From NCBI RefSeq assembly GCF_988243305.1, contig NZ_OZ547136.1: DNA of 64,000 nt. The stretch is one strand, 5' to 3'. The notes beneath the pieces are model-generated. The model was not told the DNA's origin. It did not search any database and saw only the letters and a program-made list of their open reading frames with translations. The translations under genes and the position numbers were made by a program. Of the stretch, positions 45,436-57,724 are shown piece after piece (positions within the stretch are counted from its first letter, which is position 1; the number at the start of each line of letters is the position of its first letter).

Positions 45436-45534
45436 ACGTCATTCATTTCACCCATCAGGCCGCGTCTTCTCCGGGAGACGTGGCTTTTTCATTTATTACA
45501 CCAGTAAATCTTAACCACCGATAAGGAGCAAATT

Positions 45535-46353
45535 ATGCGACTAGCCAGTCGTTTTGGTTATGCGAACCAGATACGCCGTGACCGTCCGCTGACACACGAA
45601 GAACTGATGCACTATGTGCCGGGGATTTTCGGGGAAGATAAACACACGTCCCGAAGCCAGAACTATACGTACATCCCCACCATCACCGTACTGGAAAGCC
45701 TGCAGCGGGAAGGCTTTCAGCCATTCTTCGCCTGCCAGACCCGTGTGCGCGACCCGGGCCGCCGGGGATACACAAAACACATGCTGCGTCTGCGGCGGGC
45801 CGGAGAGATAAACGGAGAACATGTCCCTGAAATTATTCTGCTCAACTCTCATGACGGTACCTCCAGCTACCAGATGCTGCCGGGGTACTTCAGGTTCGTC
45901 TGCCAGAACGGCTGCGTCTGTGGTCAGTCTCTGGGGGAAGTACGTGTTCCGCACCGGGGAAATGTGGTGGACAGAGTCATTGAAGGGGCTTACGAGGTGG
46001 TGGGCGTGTTTGACCGGATAGAGGAGAAGCGTGATGCCATGCAGTCGCTGGTCCTGCCGCCACCGGCACGCCAGGCGCTGGCACAGGCGGCGCTGACTTA
46101 CCGTTATGGTGACGAACATCAGCCCGTCACCACCGCCGACATTCTGACACCACGACGCCGGGAGGATTACGGTAAGGACCTGTGGAGTGCTTATCAGACC
46201 ATCCAGGAGAATATGCTGAAAGGCGGGATTTCCGGGCGCAGTGCCAGAGGAAAACGTATCCATACCCGGGCCATTCACAGCATTGATACCGACATTAAGC
46301 TCAACCGCGCATTGTGGGTGATGGCAGAAACGATGCTGGAGAGCCTGCGCTGA
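45535..46353 (+). CDS. DUF932-family protein (YfjQ/YafZ-like), 272 aa
   Basis: Conserved position upstream of the antirestriction gene in CP4-type islands. Confidence 0.5.
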   Translation: MRLASRFGYANQIRRDRPLTHEELMHYVPGIFGEDKHTSRSQNYTYIPTITVLESLQREGFQPFFACQTRVRDPGRRGYTKHMLRLRRAGEINGEHVPEIILLNSHDGTSSYQMLPGYFRFVCQNGCVCGQSLGEVRVPHRGNVVDRVIEGAYEVVGVFDRIEEKRDAMQSLVLPPPARQALAQAALTYRYGDEHQPVTTADILTPRRREDYGKDLWSAYQTIQENMLKGGISGRSARGKRIHTRAIHSIDTDIKLNRALWVMAETMLESLR

Positions 46354-46434
46354 TGCCGTTTCCCTGAGTGAGGGAATCATTCAGCTTTCGTTCCTGAAAA
46401 ACACACATTTATTTGTTATTTAAGGAGTTATCTC

Positions 46435-46914
46435 ATGAAGACCGTTTCTCAGAATACCCCCACAATTTATTCAGCTACAACACCAGAGAATAATCCGCCT
46501 CAGTTGGTTGCCAGCCTCGTCCCTGATGAACAGCGCATCAGCTTCTGGCCGCAGCATTTTGGCCTCATTCCACAGTGGGTGACCCTGGAGCCCCGTGTTT
46601 TCGGCTGGATGGACCGTCTGTGCGAAGACTACTGCGGGGGTATCTGGAATCTGTACACTCTGAACAACGGCGGGGCATTTATGGCCCCCGAACCGGATGA
46701 CGATGATGACGAAACATGGGTACTGTTCAATGCCATGAACGGCAACCGCGCTGAAATGAGCCCGGAAGCCGCCGGCATTGCTGCCTGTCTGATGACGTAC
46801 AGTCATCACGCCTGTCGTACGGAGTGTTATGCCATGACGGTCCACTATTACCGTCTGCGGGATTACGCCCTGCAGCATCCGGAATGCAGCGCCATTATGC
46901 GCATCATCGACTGA
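46435..46914 (+). CDS. Antirestriction protein (ArdB/KlcA family; YfjX/YafX-like)
   Basis: Acidic stretch PEPDDDDDETW; size ~159 aa; followed immediately by RadC-like gene. Confidence 0.65.
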   Translation: MKTVSQNTPTIYSATTPENNPPQLVASLVPDEQRISFWPQHFGLIPQWVTLEPRVFGWMDRLCEDYCGGIWNLYTLNNGGAFMAPEPDDDDDETWVLFNAMNGNRAEMSPEAAGIAACLMTYSHHACRTECYAMTVHYYRLRDYALQHPECSAIMRIID

Positions 46915-47406
46915 ATGGAGGCAGGGACAATGCAGCAGCTTTCCTTTCTGCCCGGAGAAATGACGCCCGGCGAGCGCAGTCTCATTCTGCGGGCTCTGAA
47001 AACCCTGGACCGCCATCTTCATGAACCCGGTGTGGCCTTCACCTCCACCCGTGCGGCACGGGAATGGCTGATTCTGAACATGGCGGGACTGGAGCGTGAA
47101 GAGTTCCGGGTGCTGTATCTGAATAACCAGAATCAGTTGATTGCCGGTGAAACCCTCTTCACCGGCACCATCAACCGCACGGAAGTCCATCCCCGGGAAG
47201 TGATTAAACGCGCCCTGTACCACAATGCCGCTGCCGTGGTGCTGGCGCACAATCACCCGTCCGGTGAAGTCACACCCAGTAAGGCAGACCGGCTTATCAC
47301 CGAACGTCTGGTACAGGCACTGGGTCTGGTGGATATCCGGGTGCCGGACCATCTGATAGTCGGTGGCAACCAGGTTTTCTCCTTTGCCGAACATGGTCTG
47401 CTTTAA
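46915..47406 (+). CDS. yeeS: RadC-like JAB/MPN-domain protein
   Basis: JAMM motif VVLAHNHPSGEVTPSKAD; start overlaps preceding stop. Confidence 0.7.
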   Translation: MEAGTMQQLSFLPGEMTPGERSLILRALKTLDRHLHEPGVAFTSTRAAREWLILNMAGLEREEFRVLYLNNQNQLIAGETLFTGTINRTEVHPREVIKRALYHNAAAVVLAHNHPSGEVTPSKADRLITERLVQALGLVDIRVPDHLIVGGNQVFSFAEHGLL

Positions 47407-47468
47407 CCCGTCACAACCACATCACACCTGTTTTCACTTTTATCTTCTGTCTTCAGAGGTATCCCATT

Positions 47469-47690
47469 ATGAAAATTATCACCCGTGGTGAAGCCATGCG
47501 TATTCACCAACAACATCCGACATCCCGTCTTTTCCCGTTCTGTACCGGCAAATACCGCTGGCACGGCAGCACTGAAGCGTATACCGGTCGTGAAGTGCAG
47601 GATATTCCCGGTGTGCTGGCCGTGTTTGCTGAACGTCGTAAGGACAGTTTTGGCCCGTATGTCCGGCTGATGAGCGTCACCCTGAACTGA
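47469..47690 (+). CDS. yeeT: YeeT-family protein (DUF987), 73 aa
   Basis: MKIITRGEAMRIHQQHPTSRLFPFCTGKYRWHGS...; precedes cbeA. Confidence 0.6.
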   Translation: MKIITRGEAMRIHQQHPTSRLFPFCTGKYRWHGSTEAYTGREVQDIPGVLAVFAERRKDSFGPYVRLMSVTLN

Positions 47691-47852
47691 TGTTCCGTCA
47701 CCCGGAAAACGAGTACGACTGGCTGAGCTCAGACGCCGCTGTGGATGAGGCCCTGCTCATAAACGAATACACCTTTACCGAAGGCGGTCTGCGCGCCGGC
47801 TGACCTGTCATCGTTAAACCATTCTTAACCGATTTTCTGTGAGGATTTTATC

Positions 47853-48221
47853 GTGTCAGACGCACTCTCCGGGATAACTCATCCCGACGACAATCACGAC
47901 CGCCCCTGGTGGGGGCTTCCCTGCACAGTGAGGCCCTGTTTCGGGGCACGTCTGGTGCAGGAGGGTAACCGCCTGCATTACCTTGCCGACCGCGCCGGTA
48001 TCAGAGGCCTGTTCAGCGATGCAGATGCGTACCACCTGGACCAGGCCTTTCCGCTGCTGATGAAACAACTGGAACTCATGCTCACCAGCGGTGAACTGAA
48101 TCCCCGCCATCAGCATACCGTCACGCTGTATGCAAAAGGTCTGACCTGCAAAGCTGACACTCTCGGTAGCGGTGGTTACGTTTATCTGGCTGTTTATCCG
48201 ACGCCCGAAACGAAAAAGTAA
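47853..48221 (+). CDS. cbeA: Type IV antitoxin CbeA (YeeU), 122 aa
   Basis: [49 protein letters not shown]. Confidence 0.8.
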   Translation: MSDALSGITHPDDNHDRPWWGLPCTVRPCFGARLVQEGNRLHYLADRAGIRGLFSDADAYHLDQAFPLLMKQLELMLTSGELNPRHQHTVTLYAKGLTCKADTLGSGGYVYLAVYPTPETKK

Positions 48222-48310
48222 ACCACCGGAATAACCTTCTGCTCCGGCCTGGTGCTTTCACCACGCCACTTTTCCATTTTTCATCTCTGCATATCAGGAA
48301 AACCTTCAGT

Positions 48311-48685
48311 ATGAAAACATTACCCGATACACACGTACGGGAGGCATCGAGCTGCCCGTCTCCCGTCACCATCTGGCAGACTCTGCTCTCCCGACTACTG
48401 GGCCAGCATTACGGCCTTACACTGAATGACACACCGTTCGCCGATGAACGTGTGATTGAGCAGCATATTGAGGCAGGCATTTCACTGTGTGATGCGGTGA
48501 ACTTTCTCGTGGAAAAATACGCGCTGGTGCGTACCGACCAGCCGGGATTCAGCGCCTGTACCCGCTCTCAGTTAATAAACAGTATTGATATCCTCCGGGC
48601 ACGCCGGGCAACCGGCCTGATGACCCGCGACAATTACAGAACGGTAAATAACATTACCCTGGGTAAGTATCCGGAGGCGAAATGA
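48311..48685 (+). CDS. cbtA: Type IV toxin CbtA (YeeV), 124 aa
   Basis: [49 protein letters not shown]. Confidence 0.8.
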   Translation: MKTLPDTHVREASSCPSPVTIWQTLLSRLLGQHYGLTLNDTPFADERVIEQHIEAGISLCDAVNFLVEKYALVRTDQPGFSACTRSQLINSIDILRARRATGLMTRDNYRTVNNITLGKYPEAK

Positions 48686-48876
48686 TGACACTGGAAGCCG
48701 ACAGCGTTAACGTACAGGCGCTGGATATGGGGCACATTGTCGTTGACATTGATGGTGTTAATATCACTGAACTGATTAATAAGGCCGCTGAAAACGGTTA
48801 TTCACTCCGCGTGGTGGATGACCGTGACTCTACCGAAACACCGGCAACTTATGCCAGCCCTCACCAGTTGCTGTAA
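48682..48876 (+). CDS. yeeW: YeeW-like small protein (64 aa)
   Basis: Start overlaps cbtA stop; conserved position after toxin gene. Confidence 0.5.
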   Translation: MMTLEADSVNVQALDMGHIVVDIDGVNITELINKAAENGYSLRVVDDRDSTETPATYASPHQLL

Positions 48877-49316
48877 GACAATGCAGTGATACAGGGTATA
48901 GTGCCATTAACCACAGAAACAGCACTGTTGTCCTGTATTAAGCAGGCAAGAGAAGATGTCCTTACCCTGCGCCATCTGCAGCTTCTGCACCAGAACCGGT
49001 GAATCTCACTCAACAGGCTTCATTTCTCCTGACGCCAGCCTGAATACAGCTGGCGTTTTCATTTATAAACAGAAAGGAAAACCGATAATAATGGAATGGA
49101 CGCCCCGACCATGAAGCAACGGTAGGATATTACTGATAAACCTTCCAGTGGAGGTGCGTTATGGCCGTTTTAACGATTAGCATTGACCTGACAAAAAATG
49201 AATTCCAAATCCACGGTCTGGGTAGGAACAGAAAAATCTAAGCTCAGAAAACGGATTAAAGTAAGCGTCAACGGAGCACCGTATTGACGCTTATTTATTG
49301 GTGAGAACTACGTTCC

Positions 49317-49673
49317 ATGGCAGGAGTTCGTCAACACGGTTGGAGGGCCATTCCGGCAGTATGCTCAGAATATGGCGCAGATACGCTTCCGGATCGATAC
49401 CGTTCAGACGGCAGGTGCCTGCTTTTCTGGCAACAAGCAGGAATCTCAGCGCTGAAGCAGGAATTAGAGGTAAAAACGCCCTACCGGGCCATGAATCACC
49501 CGGTCATTGGAGTAGTAACCAAAGCAGATTTAGCCAGCATGGAACAAATATCTTTGGTGAAAAGTTGGTTACGGGAAGCTGGAGCGCACAACGTGTTAGT
49601 AACCAGTGCAGTTAATAACAATGGAGTTACAGAACTTTTTGCCTTGCTGCATACAGAAGAAGGCTGTTGTTAA
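49317..49673 (+). pseudogene. yoeF: EutP/PduV-family GTPase C-terminal fragment (yoeF-like remnant)
   Basis: ...VIGVVTKADLASMEQISLVKSWLREAGAHNVLVTSAVNNNGVTELFALL with no P-loop N-terminus. Confidence 0.5.
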
Positions 49674-49773
49674 TTTCGATTGGTTCTCGGATGAGAATGA
49701 TGACGGTGATACACAGATAAGAATCAATGAGCAATGAGGGTTGCCGGGCAACCCTCATTGAATAAAACGGGAA

Positions 49774-50103
49774 TTACTTCGCTTCGCCGTTTTTCATTTC
49801 GCCCATAGCTTTCAGCTTTTTGGAGATATCGCGGCGTTCTTTGGAGAGCTCGGCATTTTTGATGATGTAATCGTCAACGCGATCTTCATAGTCACCTTTC
49901 ATGCTGGCGATGATGCCCTGGATTGCTTCAACGCTCATCCCCGGCTTGATGTAATCGCTCAGGTTGTCCAGCAGCAGGACGCGCTTCTGGTTGTCACGGA
50001 TCTTTTTCTCAACGTCCTGAATTTCACGTTGCAGTTTGTTCTTACGACGGAACAGACGAACAAATTCCAGTACGTCCTGGAATGAAGGCTTGGTAGTTTC
50101 CAT
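49774..50103 (-). CDS. yeeX: UPF0265/DUF496 protein YeeX (109 aa)
   Basis: ATG at [30 protein letters not shown]; track ORF has upstream extension. Confidence 0.8.
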   Translation of the reverse strand: METTKPSFQDVLEFVRLFRRKNKLQREIQDVEKKIRDNQKRVLLLDNLSDYIKPGMSVEAIQGIIASMKGDYEDRVDDYIIKNAELSKERRDISKKLKAMGEMKNGEAK

Positions 50104-50779
50104 TTTTATACCCCTGATAATGTGAGAGTCGGATTCGTTTAAGCAACCGCTATTCGTTAGGGCCAACATTACTCATAGCTGCCGCAGATGACAATGCTTT
50201 TATCCCTTTTCACTATCATACCCTTTATCCTTGCTGAATCGAAGCAGCAGCAAGATGATTCTGAAGTTCAGGAATTATTTGCGCAAGGCCCGGCAAATCA
50301 GATTCGATAGCAACTCAAGCTGATGCGCCGTTTCCATGTTCAGCCACACATAACCATAGATTGGTGTTTCCACAACCTTCAGGTCATGGTGGTTATTGAG
50401 CAACTGACGCAGCTCTTCCACAGCATCGTTCAATTTTTCCGTATTGGCAAAAACCGGCTGCGGATTACCTTCGTACAGCGCATGAACAAGGCTCAGCAGT
50501 ATTTGCTGCATCATGTGCTGGGTATCACGAAGTTTTTGCGCGTTCAATAACACGAAATGGCTGGGGCGCGTGGCCCAGTATGCATTGATTTGCAACTCCA
50601 GCATACAAACCAGATTGCGGTTAATGGTCTGGATACCTTCATATATCGATTTTGGAATACGGGTTTCTTTGCTGGCGGGCGCAATCAGTCCACGCATTTT
50701 CACGGCATCGGTCAGGAGTTTTTGTAGATGGCTTTCCAGACGTGGGCGTTCGAGTAAGTTCGGTGAGAATGCAGATTGA

Positions 50780-50837
<58 letters not shown>

Positions 50838-50838
50838 G

Positions 50839-52061
<1,223 letters not shown>

Positions 52062-52809
52062 ACCCGATTATACTCGGTCAGACTTTTCGCCAGTTGAATG
52101 CGCCAGTGGATGAACGCCCGTTGTGGCCAGATACCGGTAAACAACATTGCCAGTAAAGAGCCGAGGATCACATCGCCGCTTCGCCATAACGCCGTATCAA
52201 TTTCACCTGTCGGGGAACCCACAACAATTGCCAGCGTCACCCCAATCAATAAACCTTGATACGGTTTCTTGCCCAGCGCCAGCCAACCGCAAAGGAACAT
52301 GGCCGCCGCGCACCAGACTAACATCAGCGGTAACGAGATTAACTCCAGTTGCAGAGCGATAAGACCTAAAATCGAACCCAACACCGTACCGCCAATACGC
52401 TCAAAGGCGCGAGGGACAACGTTACCCCAGAACGAGATTGGCCCCATAATCACCACCATGGTGACCAGCGGCCAGGTGCTTTCCGGGATAGTAAACAGGC
52501 GGATAATGAGAAAAGTGAGCAGGAATGCCAGCGCGACCCGAGTACCATGCACAATGCGGTAATGGCGGTATACCCGGATTTCAAACGGGCTTAATGACTT
52601 ATCGGCACGCACGCAGAAACTCCGTAATGAGATTAAAAGCGCTCATAACTCATCTGTCGGCCAGAAGGCGCGCCTCTGAATTATCCGACGGACAAACCGG
52701 GAACAGTGTAATTTCCCGGCAGGAGCGAAAAAATTGAAAGGCGCATCTTACTCTTTTCGCTTTCAAAAAAAAGAGTGGTCATCGCGTTAACACACCGCCC
52801 TGAGATGAA

Positions 52810-53283
52810 TTAGTGATGTTTTGGCTGCACCGCAACATACATTTCGATATCCCAGTACCCATCTTCCGCGCCATTGTTCAAATAAACCTCGAAGCAGGGC
52901 TTTGGTAACATTTCATAAGCACTGTCCTGCAAGAGACTATTAAAGAACTGATACCAGGGTTTAGCAAAATCATCACCGACTACACGAGCTACCGCCACCG
53001 CATACTGACCACCTGTAATTTCTGTCAGAATGACGCCCTCACTGTTTTCGGGAAGCGTAAAGTAACCCGGCACCGTCACGACGGTGTCGCAGCGTAATTT
53101 TTCGGCGGGTGTTTCATCCGGATTGTCGTAATAGACAGCAACCCACTCCTTCGGCACAATATTTTTGCTATCTACCCACATCATCAACTGCTCAAAGCCT
53201 TTCTTTACCGTCTGTTCCCACGGGCCAACGAGATGGAAACCTGCAACGGTACGTTTCTCTTCCTGCTTAATCTCGTAGTTCAT
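52810..53283 (-). CDS. sbmC: DNA gyrase inhibitor SbmC/GyrI (157 aa)
   Basis: [26 protein letters not shown]...; 157 aa. Confidence 0.9.
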   Translation of the reverse strand: MNYEIKQEEKRTVAGFHLVGPWEQTVKKGFEQLMMWVDSKNIVPKEWVAVYYDNPDETPAEKLRCDTVVTVPGYFTLPENSEGVILTEITGGQYAVAVARVVGDDFAKPWYQFFNSLLQDSAYEMLPKPCFEVYLNNGAEDGYWDIEMYVAVQPKHH

Positions 53284-53297
53284 GACGCCTCCATTGA

Positions 53298-53317
53298 TAC
53301 TGTTTTTATATACAGTA
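53298..53317. promoter_or_regulatory. LexA (SOS) box upstream of sbmC
   Basis: TACTGTTTTTATATACAGTA = CTGT-N8-ACAG palindrome ~15-35 nt upstream of sbmC start. Confidence 0.55.
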
Positions 53318-53401
53318 TAGTTGCAAAATTAAAACCACAAGGAATGAGTGTTGATTATGCGAGCAGACTCGCACTCCTGCCAGTCTGCTGCAAAAGAAAG
53401 G

Positions 53402-54574
53402 TCAGGCCTTATGGTGGAAATAATCACTCAGGCGAGAAAACATGCTGCCTTCCCCGACAGATTCCAGGGTAACCAGCGGCCAGTGCGCCACCTGTTTATC
53501 ACGGTCGTAAAGTTCAATTTCCCCTACCCGCTGATGGGCGCTAATTGGCGCGGTGAGTTCTTTACCATCAAGGGTATATTTGGCTTTGATATGTGGAATT
53601 TCGGCTTTCGGTAGCACCATCCAGAACTCTTGTTCCGTTCCCAGGTCGATATTTTCTTTATCGCCATACCAGATGCGTTCCGTTCCGACCTTTTTCCCAC
53701 GGTGCAAAATTTGCACCGTAGTAAAGTTTTGTTGCCCCCAACGCAGTAATTTTCTTGCCTCTTCCTCACGACCTTTTGCACTGTCAGCCCCCATTACCAC
53801 TGCAATGAGACGACGCTGCCCATCTACAGCCGAAGCAATGAGATTAAACCCGGCACCAGAAGTATGACCCGTTTTCAGGCCGTCAACATTCATGGTTTTA
53901 TCCCACAACAACCCGTTACGGTTTTGCTGGGTGATACCGTTCCAGGTGAGACTTTTCTCACTGTACATATGATAAAACTCGGGCTCGCCGTGGATGATAG
54001 CACGAGAAAGCACAGCTAAATCATAAGCCGAGCTATGCTGGCCAGGTGCATCCAGACCATGCACTGTTTCAAAATGCGTATCCTTGAGATGCAGCTTCTC
54101 GGCATAGTTGTTCATCATTTCAACAAACTGCCGTTGCCCACCGGCAATATAGTCAGCCAGAGCAACACAAGCGTCATTTCCGGAATCCACAATTAAACCA
54201 CGGCTTAAATCACGTACCGATACGCGATCGCCCTCTTTCAAAAACATCAGTGAAGAACCGACAAACACCGGATTATCTTTCGCCCACGCATCGCGCCCCA
54301 CGGTGACAATATCGTCTGGCGTAATGCGATGACTATCGATAGCGCGATCCACGACATAACCCGTCATCAGCTTTGTCAGGCTGGCGGGATTGCGCTGTTG
54401 ATGCTCATTACCCGCGGTGAGGATCTGACCGGTGGTGTAATCCATCAATACCCAGGACCCGGCATGAATCTCTGGAGGCTGAGGTGAAAAAGGAATGTTT
54501 TCCGCCGCAAAACCAGACGATAAGTTAAAAACGAACAAAGAAGCAGCAATAATAAGACGGCGTTTCAACAGCAA
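53402..54574 (-). CDS. dacD: D-alanyl-D-alanine carboxypeptidase DacD (PBP6b)
   Basis: Signal peptide; SxxK (ASLTKLMT), SGN and KTG motifs. Confidence 0.9.
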   Translation of the reverse strand: MLLKRRLIIAASLFVFNLSSGFAAENIPFSPQPPEIHAGSWVLMDYTTGQILTAGNEHQQRNPASLTKLMTGYVVDRAIDSHRITPDDIVTVGRDAWAKDNPVFVGSSLMFLKEGDRVSVRDLSRGLIVDSGNDACVALADYIAGGQRQFVEMMNNYAEKLHLKDTHFETVHGLDAPGQHSSAYDLAVLSRAIIHGEPEFYHMYSEKSLTWNGITQQNRNGLLWDKTMNVDGLKTGHTSGAGFNLIASAVDGQRRLIAVVMGADSAKGREEEARKLLRWGQQNFTTVQILHRGKKVGTERIWYGDKENIDLGTEQEFWMVLPKAEIPHIKAKYTLDGKELTAPISAHQRVGEIELYDRDKQVAHWPLVTLESVGEGSMFSRLSDYFHHKA

Positions 54575-54776
54575 CCCCTCAGGAGTTTCAAATAGCTGTT
54601 CTTTTTACGGAAATACTTATGAACTGGCTGGAATAAAGTGCAAGAAAATGTGACTACCCTCTCATTTTTATCTGACATGATCTGTTGCCACTCGCTGCCA
54701 AATTGTGGCGCTAAAGCTGATTAGCACGGTGATATTTGATACTCTGGCAGACAGCAGAAATAACGGATTTAACCTA

Positions 54777-56204
54777 ATGATGAATGACGGTAAGCAACAA
54801 TCTACCTTTTTGTTTCACGATTACGAAACCTTTGGCACGCACCCCGCGTTAGATCGCCCTGCACAGTTCGCAGCCATTCGCACCGATAGCGAATTCAATG
54901 TCATCGGCGAACCCGAAGTCTTTTACTGCAAGCCCGCTGATGACTATTTACCCCAGCCAGGAGCCGTATTAATTACCGGTATTACCCCGCAGGAAGCACG
55001 GGCGAAAGGAGAAAACGAAGCCGCGTTTGCCGCCCGTATTCACTCGCTTTTTACCGTACCGAAGACCTGTATTCTGGGCTACAACAATGTGCGTTTCGAC
55101 GACGAAGTCACACGCAACATTTTTTATCGTAATTTCTACGATCCTTACGCCTGGAGCTGGCAGCATGATAACTCGCGCTGGGATTTACTGGATGTTATGC
55201 GTGCCTGTTATGCCCTGCGCCCGGAAGGAATAAACTGGCCTGAAAATGATGACGGTCTACCGAGCTTTCGCCTTGAGCATTTAACCAAAGCGAATGGTAT
55301 TGAACATAGCAACGCCCACGATGCGATGGCTGATGTGTACGCCACTATTGCGATGGCAAAGCTGGTAAAAACGCGTCAGCCACGCCTGTTTGATTATCTC
55401 TTTACCCATCGTAATAAACACAAACTGATGGCGTTGATTGATGTTCCGCAGATGAAACCCCTGGTGCACGTTTCCGGAATGTTTGGAGCATGGCGCGGCA
55501 ATACCAGCTGGGTGGCACCGCTGGCGTGGCATCCTGAAAATCGCAATGCCGTAATTATGGTGGATTTGGCAGGAGACATTTCGCCATTACTGGAACTGGA
55601 TAGCGACACATTGCGCGAGCGTTTATATACCGCAAAAACCGATCTTGGCGATAACGCCGCCGTTCCGGTTAAGCTGGTGCATATCAATAAATGTCCGGTG
55701 CTGGCCCAGGCGAATACGCTACGCCCGGAAGATGCCGACCGACTGGGAATTAATCGTCAGCATTGCCTCGATAACCTGAAAATTCTGCGTGAAAATCCGC
55801 AAGTGCGCGAAAAAGTGGTGGCGATATTCGCGGAAGCCGAACCGTTTACGCCTTCAGATAACGTGGATGCACAGCTTTATAACGGCTTTTTCAGTGACGC
55901 AGATCGTGCAGCAATGAAAATTGTGCTGGAAACCGAGCCGCGTAATTTACCGGCACTGGATATCACTTTTGTTGATAAACGGATTGAAAAGCTGTTGTTC
56001 AATTATCGGGCACGCAACTTCCCGGGGACGCTGGATTATGCCGAGCAGCAACGCTGGCTGGAGCACCGTCGCCAGGTCTTCACGCCAGAGTTTTTGCAGG
56101 GTTATGCTGATGAATTGCAGATGCTGGTACAACAATATGCCGATGACAAAGAGAAAGTGGCGCTGTTAAAAGCACTTTGGCAGTACGCGGAAGAGATTGT
56201 CTAA
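54777..56204 (+). CDS. sbcB: Exodeoxyribonuclease I SbcB (475 aa)
   Basis: ATG at MMNDGKQQSTFLFHDYETFGTHPALDRPAQFA; track ORF has 24-codon upstream extension. Confidence 0.9.
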   Translation: MMNDGKQQSTFLFHDYETFGTHPALDRPAQFAAIRTDSEFNVIGEPEVFYCKPADDYLPQPGAVLITGITPQEARAKGENEAAFAARIHSLFTVPKTCILGYNNVRFDDEVTRNIFYRNFYDPYAWSWQHDNSRWDLLDVMRACYALRPEGINWPENDDGLPSFRLEHLTKANGIEHSNAHDAMADVYATIAMAKLVKTRQPRLFDYLFTHRNKHKLMALIDVPQMKPLVHVSGMFGAWRGNTSWVAPLAWHPENRNAVIMVDLAGDISPLLELDSDTLRERLYTAKTDLGDNAAVPVKLVHINKCPVLAQANTLRPEDADRLGINRQHCLDNLKILRENPQVREKVVAIFAEAEPFTPSDNVDAQLYNGFFSDADRAAMKIVLETEPRNLPALDITFVDKRIEKLLFNYRARNFPGTLDYAEQQRWLEHRRQVFTPEFLQGYADELQMLVQQYADDKEKVALLKALWQYAEEIV

Positions 56205-56246
56205 TTTGAAGCCTCCGCCGCTGGTACGGCGGAGGACAATGTTGAG

Positions 56247-56474
56247 TCAGGCTTTTTGAACGGTGATGCTCCACGCTGCATCGCCAATCTGCTGATAATC
56301 GGTGATGGCATGTCCTTCTTCTGCCGCCCACTGTGGGATTGCTTCAGTTGCCTGGGTGCAATCAAACTCAATCACTAACTCATCGCCGCTGACCATTTCT
56401 GCCAGAGCTGCTTTTGCTTCTATGAGTGGAAACGGACAGACCTGCGTCACCACATCCAGCTTTTTAATCACCAT
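56247..56474 (-). CDS. yeeD: TusA-like sulfur carrier YeeD (75 aa)
   Basis: CPxP motif (VCPFPLIEAK); directly downstream of yeeE. Confidence 0.85.
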   Translation of the reverse strand: MVIKKLDVVTQVCPFPLIEAKAALAEMVSGDELVIEFDCTQATEAIPQWAAEEGHAITDYQQIGDAAWSITVQKA

Positions 56475-56487
56475 CTTTACACCTTAC

Positions 56488-57546
56488 TTAATTTGCCGCA
56501 GCAGTTGCCAGTCGCGCCTTACGCTGCGGTCGAACATACACAAGCCAGGACGCAGTCCAGACTCCGAGAATCATAAATACAAGGCCAATCCAGCCCTGCC
56601 AGGTCATCATTGCAGTCATAACCAGTCCATTACCGATAGAGCAACCACCTGCAATACTGGCACCGAAGCCCATCAGTACACCACCTAACCCGCTACGTAA
56701 TGTTGTTTGTGCATCAGCTGCGCGAACGCGGAACTCACGGCTCGCTTTGGCTGCAATAAATGACCCCACGAAGATCCCTAACACCAGGAAAACGCCCCAG
56801 TTAATGTATTTCATGTCACCCGCGACCAGAAATTGCAGAATATTGGCCGTTGGGGAAGTGATTCCTAACCCAAACATGCGTCCGGTTGCTTCACTCAGGG
56901 GCCAGGCTAAAAGCGCAATCAAACCGATGAGTACAGCTGTGACAAAGGGATGCCAGCGTTTTTCAAACAGAATATGAGCGATCCCGGTTCGGCGCGGCGG
57001 TAAGGTCGCGACTTTGAGTTTTGGCTTCTTCAACTCTTTCATCACCACCCAGAGCGTTATCACCAGCAAAACGGTAACCAACGGCCACACAGACAAATTA
57101 AAAGTCTCAGCAATAGAGTTATGTTCAGTACTGTAGTGCTGCAAGGTTTGATTTAAACCACTGGCATGTGGAGAACGCATCACCGCACTCATCACCATAT
57201 AAGTGAAAAGCGCGATCCAACTGCCGATCAATCCCTCCCCCGCGCGATACCAGGTCCCGGTGGCACATCCACCCGCCAGAACAATTCCCAGCCCGAAGAT
57301 ATACCCACCTATAACAGTACCAAGCCACGGGAACGCCCCGGCTTCGTAAGTCAGTAGGCCCGCCTGAATTAACGCAAAAACCCCCACGCTTTGTACCGAA
57401 ATTGCAATCAGCAGGGCATAAAACATGCGATTATTTTTCGCGATATACATATCGCGAAAACCACCAGTCAGGCAAAAACGCCCACGCTGCATGACAAATC
57501 CCAGCAGAGCACCACAAATTAGCCCGCTTAATATCATTGAAAACAT
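56488..57546 (-). CDS. yeeE: Thiosulfate transporter YeeE/TsuA (352 aa)
   Basis: Polytopic membrane protein with repeated GxxxGxCxxG motifs. Confidence 0.85.
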   Translation of the reverse strand: MFSMILSGLICGALLGFVMQRGRFCLTGGFRDMYIAKNNRMFYALLIAISVQSVGVFALIQAGLLTYEAGAFPWLGTVIGGYIFGLGIVLAGGCATGTWYRAGEGLIGSWIALFTYMVMSAVMRSPHASGLNQTLQHYSTEHNSIAETFNLSVWPLVTVLLVITLWVVMKELKKPKLKVATLPPRRTGIAHILFEKRWHPFVTAVLIGLIALLAWPLSEATGRMFGLGITSPTANILQFLVAGDMKYINWGVFLVLGIFVGSFIAAKASREFRVRAADAQTTLRSGLGGVLMGFGASIAGGCSIGNGLVMTAMMTWQGWIGLVFMILGVWTASWLVYVRPQRKARLATAAAN

Positions 57547-57724
57547 AAATTAATTAACCAGATGAATGTTAATAGGGAAATTATTCATGACTGGTGGAAT
57601 GCAGACCAATAACCAAATTCTCTAAATTAGAACAAATGGTTATTAATGAGGATGTCGATAAAAAAGAATAAAAAAACCGGAGCCCAATATTCATTCGACT
57701 CCGGTTTATTATTACAAAAGATGA

